This document shows, piece after piece, positions 24,325-36,573 of a stretch of DNA of 64,000 bases (its first letter is position 1; each line of letters opens with the position of its first letter). A program made the position numbers and the translations under genes. This DNA is from Callorhinchus milii (Eukaryota), in the NCBI RefSeq assembly GCF_018977255.1, contig NW_024704747.1:25606001-25670000 (forward strand), in the 5' to 3' direction. Below the pieces are notes generated by a model, which ran no database searches, was not told where the DNA came from, and worked only from the letters and a program-made list of their open reading frames with translations.

Positions 24325-24730
24325 TAATAATAATAATCCTTGCATTTGATATAGCACCTTATTACATCTTCGAGACATCTCAAAGCACTTCATAGACTAT
24401 ACTGTAAAGTGTAGTGACTGCATATTTTGTGGGCAAAATACAGGGGTGTCCCACAAACAATTGTGAAGCACTCCAGGTTCACTACCCCGCATGAAGGGCG
24501 CTATATAAATGCAAGTTGTTGTTATTGCTGTTGTTGAATTGAGTGACCAAGTGTCTTTTTAGGGGATTATTACCCCCAGAAAAGCGATCCACCAACCAAC
24601 TAACAACTGGGTTCCTGCTTACGGTGTGTGGAGTAAAGAAACTTGTCAAAGGTTTCGCCCTGCCCGGGAATCGAACCCAGGTCCTCTCGCTTGTGAGGTG
24701 ATTGCTCCAACTAATACGCTACAGGACTCC
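24325..24730 (-). mobile_element. Near full-length SINE interrupted at 24466-24536 by an oppositely oriented L2-type tail
   Basis: 5' head ggagtcctgtagcgtattagttggagca...ggttcgattcccgg on - strand; insert ctaccccgcatgaagggcgctatataaatgcaag(ttg)n splits the ttgtg/aattgagtgacc motif. Confidence 0.9.
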
Positions 24731-25794
24731 TCAAAAAACTACTTTTTATGTTTGTAAATGTTGCATTACTCCCAGCACTATTTTGCACACGCTGGTTCAG
24801 AGGTTAGGCAACAAACTGTTTCAAGGTCAACCCCCCCCCCCCAGTGTCATTGTGTAATTGATTTGAGGGTAATACTCTCTCCAATTTCCTGCGTTACAAA
24901 AGGCAACTGGTATCCACCCGACGACACTCACCACAGAGCATCAAGCACTCAGGCAATCACAAGAGTGGTACTCAACTGAAGAGCATTGGATCTGCTGCCG
25001 ACACTGCTATCGAGGGAGTTTGTACATATAGAGCAAAGTGGGTCACACCTCCCTGCTGAGCATCTTCCAGAATAAAAATGTTGGGTTGTCAGCGTCATGA
25101 GTGGCAGAGGGCCAGATGGTATGAAATGCCATGATATTAGGTTGCTTTATTTAATTGCTGACTGTCTATACCTATTACCCCTGTGGAATAATATTTCGCA
25201 CAGAACATGACTCTATTTCAGGTACTTTGTTTCCTCTGTGATCCCTACACAAAACAATTTTTTTTCTTGTTCTGCAAACTTCACCTCAGAGCATATATTC
25301 TTCCCTTCCTCTGTTCCACCCAATTCCTTGAACAATTTATAAATGGTGCTTAGCTCTATGTTAGACTAACAGCAGGTGAGATGAAACTGTTCAGAGTAAT
25401 CATTATTCATAGAAATTAGCACCAAGACTACGCACAGATTGTGCTTAGTCTGTGATATCGCCTGTTGAGATAGATCCAAATATATTTGGGATCCTCAGTA
25501 TTAACAGTCCCTGATGAGGTTTAGCACTAGAGCAAAGGTTAGTGAAACAATTTGATTTTTGGTTAGCATTTTATACAAAAAGAATTAACTTAAAATGTAA
25601 TCATAGATTTCTGAATTAAGGGCTTCCATTTGCAAGAGAGCGAAGCGACTTGATGGTAAATTGTTAAGACAACTTGTACCGGGTTTAGTCACAGGCGGTT
25701 TGGTGTAGGCGTGCAGACTTGAATCTGTCAATTCCATGAGAAAAAATAATAGGAGCACAACTCCATCACTCCAGTTATCTGCGGCCTGCACACC

Positions 25795-26072
25795 ATTGCT
25801 TGCATTAATCCAAAGTTCCATCTGCCTGTTTGGGTGGATGTTAACAATCCCATGGCACTATTCGAAGAGAAGGAAGTTTCTCTCGATGCCCTGGCCAACA
25901 ATCCCCCAGATGAAGTTGGTCATTCACTTCATGGTCAATGCTGTGTGCAAAGTTTCTGCCAAATTTACCTACAAAACACAGTCACTACTTTTTGCAGTAA
26001 AATCCTGTGGTGCACTTTGACACGTCCTCCAGATGTGAAAGGTACTTATGTCAAATGCCATTGTCGTTATTA
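25795..26072 (+). mobile_element. Deu-domain SINE (5'-truncated)
   Basis: catctgcctgtttgggtggatgttaacaatcccatggcactattcgaagag...ccctggccaacaatcc (Deu domain) plus L2-like tail. Confidence 0.8.
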
Positions 26073-28499
26073 TCTGATAATGTTTCTAGTAATGTAATAG
26101 ACATCCAAGGAGTTTTCCACAATGTCCTATGATATTGCTAGAAATCCAATCATTTAAAAACTACTAAGAGGAGAACATAGGGGGTGTTATCCTGGACATC
26201 CCATTGCATCTTGAGAGTGAACCTCCAAACATAAAGACATTTGTTCTACTTGAATTGACACACTCATACTGACTGGAGATTGGCACATTCATACTGGGTG
26301 ATGATTTGTGCACTTGAAGTTACTATGGATTGGCAGGCTGATATTGATTGGGGATTTACACACTCAGTCTGACTGCGGATTGGCAAGTTGACACTGTTTG
26401 GGAATTTAAACACTCAAACTGAGTGCCACATGTGTATAGAGTCTGAGGAACTGAGACGTGGCAGAGATGAAAAGTACTTTGTAAAGATACTCCCATCACA
26501 TGGTCCCAGCAACAATCCCACACTGTCTCTGAGCTGTAAGCGTGTGAGGCTGTCACAGGATGTAGAGCAGAAGGTGTTCTATTCTTCTCAATGTCTTTTC
26601 TTCCTCAAAAAATATTCAAAGGAAATTAAAAATAAATATGAATGCATTTCTAAAATGAAACAGTAAGGTTCATGGAACAAGTATTTCCAAACATTGAACA
26701 GGTTTTAACTGAGAACAGTTATCTGGTGTGTGAAGTACATTTCATAACAGTTCATAGTCTTGGTGAAATAGCCGCTGTTTAGCAATAGTTTCCTGTTTTT
26801 ACGGTCACTTCAGGAAACAAGATTGTTATAAAGTTTTGCTTTTAAGATAAATATTTTCTTGGAATGGAAATAGATTATTATTATAAAGGTTTATTGGAAT
26901 GACCTGACAACTATTTACCCATAATCACTTTTTAAAAATTTGACATTTTTTAAAGTGATAAGATAGGAGCCTAACATGTGAAACTTGCTCATCGCACCTA
27001 ACTTAGGTACACAAACACAAAGGCAGAAATACACAGACGTACTTGTACTTTTGAAACACACAACAATGAAAGTAATATCTCTTGTGGGTTCCTTGAAAAG
27101 TGTACAATTATAAGTCATACGAATCACGGAGAGACTTTGGAGATAAATAGAAAACAATAAGAAATTGTGCAACACTCTGTTAATAAATCTTGCTATAAAA
27201 ATTGATTTCTACCATTTACATTAAGGTAATGTGATTGCTCAGCGGATAATAAATTACGCTACATTACTAATTACCATTTGGATTGATCTTGTTCTAATTC
27301 TAGAGCAGGGCGCACACAATGTGATTGGATTAAATGCTAACAGCAGCATGCATTATGGAGAAAGTCTACAAACCAGTCATGTGAATCCAATCCTCCATTA
27401 ATTCGTTTAGAAAGTATTTAAAAAGTGGAACAGATCTATAAGATTTTGTTTTGAAATATGAGACATTATCGGCAATAGAGGTATAACATATAAAGTAGTT
27501 AACAACAGGGTTACAGACTAACAATGCATCTTTACATATTGGGGACAGAGTGATTATGTAAACTCTTAAACAAAACATAGCTTACCCACCCACACCCCTT
27601 GTAGTACAGCAAACATTGTGTGACATCCTGCATACAGCTAAGAATTTGCGCAGCAATTGGGGTAAGAACAAGCAATAACTGTTTTTGAACCTATTGCTTA
27701 GAAATAGGGCACAATAATAATAATACTGTAATTGAATTCATTTGGTTCTTGCATTCTAAAACATGTCTATGAATACTTTCCTCAAACTGTAGTTTTTGTT
27801 AAGAAATAGTAATAAACAGGTCAGCAAATTCTTGAAAACTTCATAAAGATTGGGTAACATTTTCAGTCTTAATAGCTCCTTTAGGATTGCTGACAGGATA
27901 TCCTACAGGACACTTTAGCGAGGGAGGTACAGCGATATTAAAGGGCCTATATTGCCTTGTTGTACAAGATGAAGTCTCCGCTGAGCTGGATCACAGCGAT
28001 CCATCATGTCACAGTCAGCTGCAATGTTGGTAATGACTTTTTGAAAGTTTCAAAGATATAATCTAGATCGGATATTTAAACCTGTTCAAAAATCTAATCA
28101 TTACTTCGAACGACAGCAGCTTGGTGATGGCTGCTTGTTGGATGGCCTGGATTTGACCTGTTGAGCTTTTATATTGCAAATCACTCAAATCCCCTTTAAA
28201 ATCAAACCCAAACTTTTCTGACTTTAGATCTGACTTCCATCTGGGATTTAATGTACAGGCTTTTTATTTAAAAGCCTCATTGCAGCATTTTGCCATCTTT
28301 TAATGAACTAGTAGCTGCTTCTCTGTGCAATGTAATTAGCTGTTTTAATTGTTTAATTCTCTGTCATTATTTCCTTTCTCTGGTCCTATGGGTCCCTCTC
28401 CTGTAAAGGATATCTATCTTACTGTTCAATTACCTGACCCGTTCTCTGACCTGCTGAACTTTCCCCCATCTCCGAAACGTTGCCTGCCTTTGCCACTAC

Positions 28500-28862
28500 C
28501 TCTCCCCTTGGGCTGCTGAGATTCTCACCCATCCATCTATCATGTCCAGTTTGACTATGCCAAAGCTTGCCATAATCCCCAGCTATTCCCTGCACAAGCT
28601 GCGTAATGTCCAGAACTTGCAGTCCATGTCCTTTCCCGCACCAGGCTCCACGAGCCTATCACTGCCACCCTGGCTCGGCTCCATTTGGTACCCCATCCGC
28701 CAGAGGATCGGGTTCAAAAATCCTCATTCTCACCTTTTAAATCCCTCCACAGTCGTGCCTGACCCTAGCTCTGTGAGCACCAGCCTGTTTCATACACCCC
28801 GCCTTATTTTTTCCCCACCGCCCAACACCACCACCATCAACAGGAGGGATTTCAGCCTTTCT
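28500..28862 (+). mobile_element. Old L2-clade ORF2 fragment
   Basis: tccagtttgactatgcc (S.LDYA), cacaagctgcgtaatgtccagaac (HKL..VQN), WYPIRQRIGFK, atcctcattctcacc; homologous to 57850-58050. Confidence 0.75.
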
Positions 28863-30802
28863 GTACTAGATGACAATTGCAACTAGTGTTCCCAGGAGTC
28901 AGTGACCAAACTCAACTGATCAGGACTCTGATCCGACAGATGAGCCCCTCTGCAACTGTGAAATATAACAAGGCAAATGCTTTACCACTTTGTGCTACTG
29001 GGCTACCCCAGGGCCAAACTACTACCACCAGCTCTGCCGCTTTTTTAAACTTCCCCCAGCATTTCCTCTGCTGAATTTAACAAGTGGTGATGAAGTGTAC
29101 TGAGAGCCAGGAGCGGACTATTTATGACACACGGCACCACACATGGACCTCATTAACTGTGACAATACAGAATGCTTACAGCTATGTGGTTCTGTCCTTA
29201 CTCAGGATTCTTTCAAGCTCATTCAGTGCCTTCTACAGCTGGGTCAATGTGTTTCTGAATATTTTAAGTGCATTTCATCACAATACAAATTGTACATAGA
29301 AAAGTTCTGGCACTGGAAAGTCATTATAAAGTGGAACATTTCTGAATTTATGTCCAATAAATATCTGCTGTAACTCTTCTCAAGAACATCAAACACGCCA
29401 AAGAAATTATATTTTCCAGGTTTAACAAAAACACATATAAAGTTACAATGAGGATTTATATAGCAGTATAGGACAACTATAAAATCAGGTTTGATAATTT
29501 AATTGAAAATGAAACCAATTGTTAGTGGGGGGTTGATACAAATTAGGAGAGAGTTGGGAGCTGCCAAAGACAGGGTTAGTTCAGATACCAGCACGGTTTA
29601 ACATGTTCAATGTTCAGCTTGTTTTTTGCAAAATGCCACTGAATGAAGGGCAGGCATTGTTCAATCGCTTCTAATAATTTAACACAAGACATAGCAAGGA
29701 ACAGAAAAGGTCCCGCCAATTCAAAAAAATATATAATTAATGTCACTTGGGATTAGTAACTGTGATTACTAGGTTTCATTTTAAACCGAATGGAGCCTGG
29801 GTTATTTTTGTTGTGAACAGAACATTAAAGTCATTATTTAGGCTTCCAAATTACAGAAACCCTTGTACAACTGCACTGTATAATAGCCAGCTACCAAGGT
29901 AGCTTTGAATTGTCAGTATATTGCAGTGCTGAATATTGAACCCAATATAAGCATGTCAGTAATTGATATATTCCTTCATTCTCTTCCTGTTTAAAGTTGA
30001 TGGAAGGGATTTAGTACAGTGCTTATGTAGTGATGACAGATTTAGAAGTGGTTATGAACTATAACAGACATATACTGGCCTGTATTGCAATTCATGACAC
30101 ATGTTTATGTTGTGTTCTACACTCATGACACAATGAAATTTCACATTCAACGGCAAGGTCTGTTTCATTTCTAGATGCCCAATCCAGTCTGGCAAATTCC
30201 TCTCAAGCATGCTTTGGCTGCTGTTAAAATTGTACAAAATATATTTATTGAAACAGCGATGGGCTGCAAGAATTTGATGCAAAACACAATGGCTAACAGC
30301 AAATGGGTGAAGGTCAGTCTAGGCAACAGAGTTAGTTTAGATAACAGAGAAATGCACAAAGAAAATATGCTTTCCATCCAACTGAGACCCACTCACTGAC
30401 AGACGTAAATGGGAGCATTCTAGTTCTGCAGAACAGAACCATTTAGCCCTTCATAAGCATTGGATATGCTGACAGCCTGCGGACATAACTATAGAAACAT
30501 TAGATCCATAAGAAAACTTCTTACGTGCCATGGGTCTCCTGAAGTTAACCAGATTTTCTGAAATGATTGCATTCTTCCTATGACTCTCGCATGGCCAGGC
30601 AATCAAAAAGGGTCTGTTTTATTTATCTTCAGATAGTTTCAAAGTGGCTGCTCTCGAGATAGCTGAATTCCACATTACTCACCACTCAAGTTATAGTACT
30701 AGAGTGAGTGCCATGCGATGACTCAGCCTGGCCCAACTGCGCAACAAGTTGCAGAAAAACATCTCTAATTAAGAGTAAATCCAACAGTGAATTGTGTGTA
30801 TT

Positions 30803-31070
30803 GGAGGCTTTGGCACACCGCAGACTTTTAGCACAATCGGCACAGCTGTTAGCAGACTAGGAGTTGTTATTGTATCAAGGGTTGTTAGCACACCAGGGGT
30901 TATGAGCACACCGACAAGGGCTATTGGGACACCCACAGGGCCACGAAGAATATTAGCATACCAGGACTGTTAGCAAACCAACAACAACAACTTGCATTTA
31001 TATAGCACCCATCACGCAGGGTAGCATCCCAGAGCGCTTAAACTAGCACACTAGGGGCTGTTAGCACATC
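30803..31070. repeat. Degenerate ~19-20 bp minisatellite with an L2-type tail inserted at 30979-31043 (- strand)
   Basis: Repeated ggggctgttagcacacc-like units on both sides of (caa)n cttgcatttatatagcacccatcacgcagggtagcatcccagagcgct. Confidence 0.75.
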
Positions 31071-31949
31071 CATAAACTGCTTGGTTCAAAGAGGAACCAA
31101 ATCTTAAAATGGGCCCTAAAATGGTTCTAAAAGCCAGATAAAGACACATGTTTTTTAAGTCATCAACTTTAACAGGGAGTTTTACAATACTGTATCTTCC
31201 TCGCTGTTGCCTTTGACTCTCTCGACTAATTGCAGCAGATTTGATGCAAAATAAAACAAGGTTCAGAGGGTGAATGAAATGGCAGGATTATTTGAAGGGG
31301 GGTACAACTGTTCTCTGCTTGTCAGAACCCTCATTTACCTTTATCTGTTATTAATTAGACACCAGTGATGAGAGGACACGAACACAATGGGGACTTTAAC
31401 AGTGATTATTGTGGCAAAGGACAAAGTTGAGCACCAGCAAGTTCAATTTGGTCACCTAACCTCATAGCGAGTTCATTGGCCGTCAATTACTGTTTGAAAA
31501 TAAATAATATAAACACTGCCTAAAGGTCCAGCTGCAGAATAAAATTGTACAGAGATGGAATTTAAAATAATAGTTGCATCAATAGCAGACAGAATATTCA
31601 TGCAGTTACGCAGAGAACATAATTAAAATTCTAAAATCAGTTGTTCTGAGTGAGTGGAGCAGGGATTCAGCCCTTCCCAGAGGCTGAGGCTAACCATGAT
31701 ATGGGACTAATTGAAATACTTCCAATCCATCAAGTGCTATCTACGATGTAGGCCTCCCCTGTTAGCGCCTCTGCCCCTCCCTTGTTACAGCGTCTCTTTC
31801 TCTCTCATTTACTATCAAATGAATTTCAGAAGCAGCTTTCCTCCCATCTCCCTCGTTATACAATCCCAAATTTATGCTTCTGTACTTGCCAACCTAACAA
31901 GAAACAAATGTGTTGGAAATTCTCATGATTCACTTGGACCCGCTGTTGT

Positions 31950-32150
31950 TTTCTGCTCAGACGATTGTGGGTTTGAGCCCTGTTTGGGAGATTTGAGTGT
32001 TTCTTGGGTTAAGTGTGTTCGTGGGACAGATATTCAACTGGAAACTGACCCCCAAATAAACCATTGAATTGAGGCTCTTTCTGTCCGATGGATGTTAAAG
32101 GTCCAACCACTGTAAGAGGAATTTTCCCTTAATTCCTGAGCATCATTTTC
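31950..32150 (+). mobile_element. Highly degenerate Deu-type SINE
   Basis: ttgtgggtttgagccc (B-box region), gaggctctttctgtcc..tggatgttaaaggtcc (Deu remnant). Confidence 0.4.
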
Positions 32151-34814
32151 TTAGACTGGCTTCTTATACTGTACTCTGTTTTATTCTGTGCCCCAAAGAA
32201 AATGAGATGTGTAATCTCATTGAGATACATGGTTATGAAACCTCAAAGTACCTATACTTTTATTCTCTCCTTCAATAATTCATTTACCTCTAATAAATTA
32301 AATTGATTATTTTTACTTCAATTAAACCTGGTCTATTTATTGCCCGTATTTATTAATAAGAAATAAATGAGTAGACACATTCACGCAATAATATCAATGG
32401 AGTGAATGTTCAGGCATATTTAAAGGGTCATGAAAGAAAATATTGAAAGGTAGGACGCTGACACATGTAAAAGTAATTAAATGTTATGTAAATGAAAAGG
32501 TCGTATCAATTTTTGTAATTAAATAAAAATGTAAAATCTCTATTCCCACATGGATCTCCCGTGGTCTATAGCTACCTTCCAAATCATATTACAAACACAG
32601 TTTTGCATATCTACACAATTACATTACAGCATTGCACACCGCTGTTAATGCAAGGAGCATTAGATTTTATATCAACATAATTTCTAACAGCAAACATAGA
32701 GCATAAAAGAGAACACCAATTGATGGTTTCCCCATGTGTGACTTATAGGGGAAAAGCATTCAACATTTGTTAGTGCAGTATTCTGAGGGAGGTTTATTGC
32801 TTAGACAAAATCCGAAACTTCAATTATGTTAGGTTTTCAGGAAGGTAATAACAGCAAATAATAATAGACTTCAGTAATCTTGCATTGTAAGTACAACTGT
32901 CAGAAAAATTGAAAATAATTTTACAATCATTAATGTGAAAATACTGCATTACCTGCCATTTGATACACAGGGCTACACAGATCTGATTTTTATGATAATG
33001 GTTTATTTACAAGGGGAGAAAAGTGGTCAGTGAAAAATGATTATGTTAAAAAGCAGCGAGAAATATTTATGTTAAACATTATTTCATTCTCACACATTTG
33101 CACAGGCCACTGGCAGCCCTCCAAGAACAAGTGAAGGAACAACGGAAGCTTTCCTGAGAAATTAAAATGTTTCCATTGCGAAGGTGTTCTGCATTTCACA
33201 AAGTAGAGCAATGATGGGCTTGTCTTTCTGGCAATCAGCATCTCCAAACCATGCTCCCTGACCTGTGCCGTGTCAGTAATTGCTAAGATAAAGGAGGTTT
33301 ATATGTAAAGTTAATGCTTAGGCTGCTTACGCAGAGCCGCACAAACAGCAGAGGCATCTTTGTTAAAGGTAGAAGCATTTCTTTCCTAACAACTCGCTCA
33401 ATTCTATTCTTTAAATTCATCGATATAAGCACTGTCTCACACAGAAATGTTACAGATCAATGTAAAATACCTTGAACAGAAAACACTGAGATAATTACAT
33501 TTCTATTTTTATAGCAGCCTCGATAGAGGGTCGTAAAAGGGGAGCGATCGCTTGTACAGAACTAACAGACTGCATAGTATTTAGCAGCCACATAAGCACA
33601 TTGGGTGAGTATTTCCTGAGGAATTAAATAATCGGAGACCATAAGGTTCTGTTGCCCAAATCATGGATTTGAATATTGACAGCCCCAACGCAGGGCCCCA
33701 GAGTGGAGAGACGCACAGTAAAACCAGTGATGGGGAAAAGCCATCCAACAGCACAGCCTCAGCTCTTGTTTGGTTATGGTACAACTCACACGAGATCTAA
33801 CACCTGCAAAAACATGACACTGTTCTAATGTTCGGCTGATATTCTTGAAGCGTTCAATGAACTGTTCACCGCCACTCACTTTGTGGGCCTCTCCGTTATT
33901 TGGAGCATTGCAATGTGACTCACTGTCTTCTTTGTTTAATAATGTTTTCTTGAGAAAAGTTGCCCGAAAAATCCAAGTCATAAAATACTAGAGGATTTGA
34001 AAGACATAACAAGAAGTTAGATTAATAAGACATCTTTTTTAAAAAAAAATGCAAATATAGGGTTGAAAAATGTGACATTTTTTAATAGATGTATTAATTA
34101 TTTAATCTGTTATGAAATGTCACATTTTTCCACCTCCTGGTAGCCAGGCTCTGAAAGTTTATAGATTTAAATGGTTCCTGTTTCATATCTGTCAAGAGAG
34201 ATTCTGATTTTGATGGTGAATTGATTTGATTAGAATTTTCCTGTTGAAACTATTCTGCCTGTTATAAGAGCTAGAGTTACTGGCCTGGAAATGACATTCA
34301 ATCTCGGGCAGATGACATTGTACACCGTGGAGTCCCATTGCAGTATTCAAGGAAATGGTGTTAAACATCACATCATTACTGATACTATATTGTGGTTCTG
34401 GCCTCTGGTCCATCACATTAACCCCAAACCTCATGGAAAACCACCTTACAGCTGAATATTAAGTATCCCTAACACTGTTATGTTTTCATTTACCGAGCAC
34501 TGTGGTTGAATTATTAATGAGCTTGATGGCATTCGTGACGTTACCTCTGCCTGGGTTTTCTATCAATGGGAGCATCCGAAACTCAAAAACCTTTGGTTTA
34601 AAATTTTATAATCATGTGGAATTTTGGAAAATTCTCAAATTCAATCTTAATTCGGAAAACAGTTTTCAAGAACCGCGGAATACTGACTTCCACATGATAC
34701 GAGTGAATGTAAGAATTTTCCAAAATGCTGCACAATCTTAAATGTTAAGGCAATGATCTTAAAGTGAAAGCTAAAACCATGAGAAATTCCAGGCCCTTGT
34801 GAGCAAACTAATCT

Positions 34815-34930
34815 CACACACAGATCAAAACATGCATGAGTGTGCTCACACACACACTACACAAGCACATGCATATGAAGACACCTACACATGGACAAAC
34901 GTACGTGTGCGCGAACACACACACAGACAG
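34815..34930. repeat. CA-rich low-complexity tract
   Basis: Interrupted (CA)n. Confidence 0.7.
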
Positions 34931-36396
34931 CCACAAACAAATAGTTCCACTCCCCATTGATCCGTACGTTAAACTGTCTAAATGTCAGTATGAAACACTC
35001 CACTTTCCAAAGCCTGCCCTTATGCTTGTGTGTCCGATTATCTACACTGGGTTAAAATAAGTCACCTCCGAGATAGTGGAGCAAGTTACTGAATGGCAAT
35101 TTCGAAAACAGTTTTAAAAACTTGCTATCGTTTCACCGTGTGTTTACATTGGGAAATCCCATTATGAAATGTTTATTTGCTAAACGCCCCTGATTTCTGT
35201 GTGTCATGTTCCTCGCACGCAGGACCGTTCATTCTGCAAATTCTCCTGGACGGAGAGGCTGTTAAATTGACTATTATGGTATGTGCACCAACTGTTTGGT
35301 TAAGATTGCAGCCTCCAGTTTAGCTGTCGACTCAAGATCGCTTCCCTCAAAGGTGAGATGATTTAGAGGCCTGGAGAAACTTAATTTTTCTTGATCACCA
35401 TGTGCAACCTGGAGCCTTAATGGCAGGCATAATTAATTCTGCTGATGTTAATCATCGGGGCTGGGCCCCACAATTATCAGCCTGGTGCAGCTGGAGCATG
35501 GTGTAGACATGAAAAATTAGGAAAACAAATCAGTAATGGTGTGGCAGATTTAATCTGCATCACGAAACAAAGTTAAAAAGAGGAAGATCGAGAGAATTTC
35601 AGCTGAAGCTTTTGTGCCAATGAGACTTGACAGAACTGAAAAATGTTGCTGATGCCCAAAGTGATTGGTAATTACTTGGCCATTGAATTTTTTATTGTCA
35701 ATTTATCATGTTGCAAGAGGTTAAATTTAACATCTTCTTCCAATGCTATCTCACCAGGGAAAGGGAAGCTTGTGCATCACGTGGTGCAGGAGTCAGTGAA
35801 AGGTTAATCAGGTACTCCTCTAGTTTGTGTGGTCTTTGAAATCATTACCTATTCTGTGCAGTGCACCCCATGCGATGAATGCTGTCTGTAATGGAACAGA
35901 TATGAAGGGAATGCGATTCTCAGTGCCTTCGTTTAGAAACACTCAGTCTATCTTTATGCATGTTTCAAGATTGCAGCATAATCGCACCATTTGGGCCGGT
36001 AAAGCCTGATTTCAATACCATCAAGGCTTTATTATATAAATCTTCTCCTGAACGAGAATCCTCTTCAGTATTTAAATTAAAGTCTTGATATGTTAACCCC
36101 TCAAGGTCTGTATGACTTTGCTGTCCGTAGTATTTAGTTTCAAAATAGGATGCTTTCAGTCTTTGAGCGGTTGCTAAGAGATTAAAAAGGATGTATTGTT
36201 CCACGTGCTTCTACAGCTCTATTTTACAACATGTCACAATGGCAATGCGTAATTATTTGTGTTGAGTGAGATATTTCACACAGCATCATTTTGAACTCAA
36301 AGCATCAAACTGTTCAAAAATCTTGCAAAGACAGATAGTATAGAAAGGTTGAGAAATAACATAGGTCGATCAGTCTCTTTTCATTATTTCTTTATA

Positions 36397-36573
36397 ACAA
36401 CAACAACTTGCACTTATACAGTGCCCTCCTGCGTGGTGGAGCCTGACTCTAAGGGAAATCCCATTGCAAGTCATAGTGAAAAGATCACTATTATTAACAT
36501 TCAGTGTAAAAGAACTCTGAGTGGCCCATCAAATCATGTGTAATCTACTTATATAAGTGCAAGTTGTTGTTGT
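36397..36573. repeat. Perfect 22-bp inverted repeat (L2-type tail sequence) around a 133-bp spacer
   Basis: acaacaacaacttgcacttata (36397-36418) / tataagtgcaagttgttgttgt (36552-36573). Confidence 0.9.

Noticed and set aside
30803-31070. Repeat array considered as CRISPR-like
   Set aside because: Vertebrate context, degenerate adjacent units, no unique spacers or cas genes.
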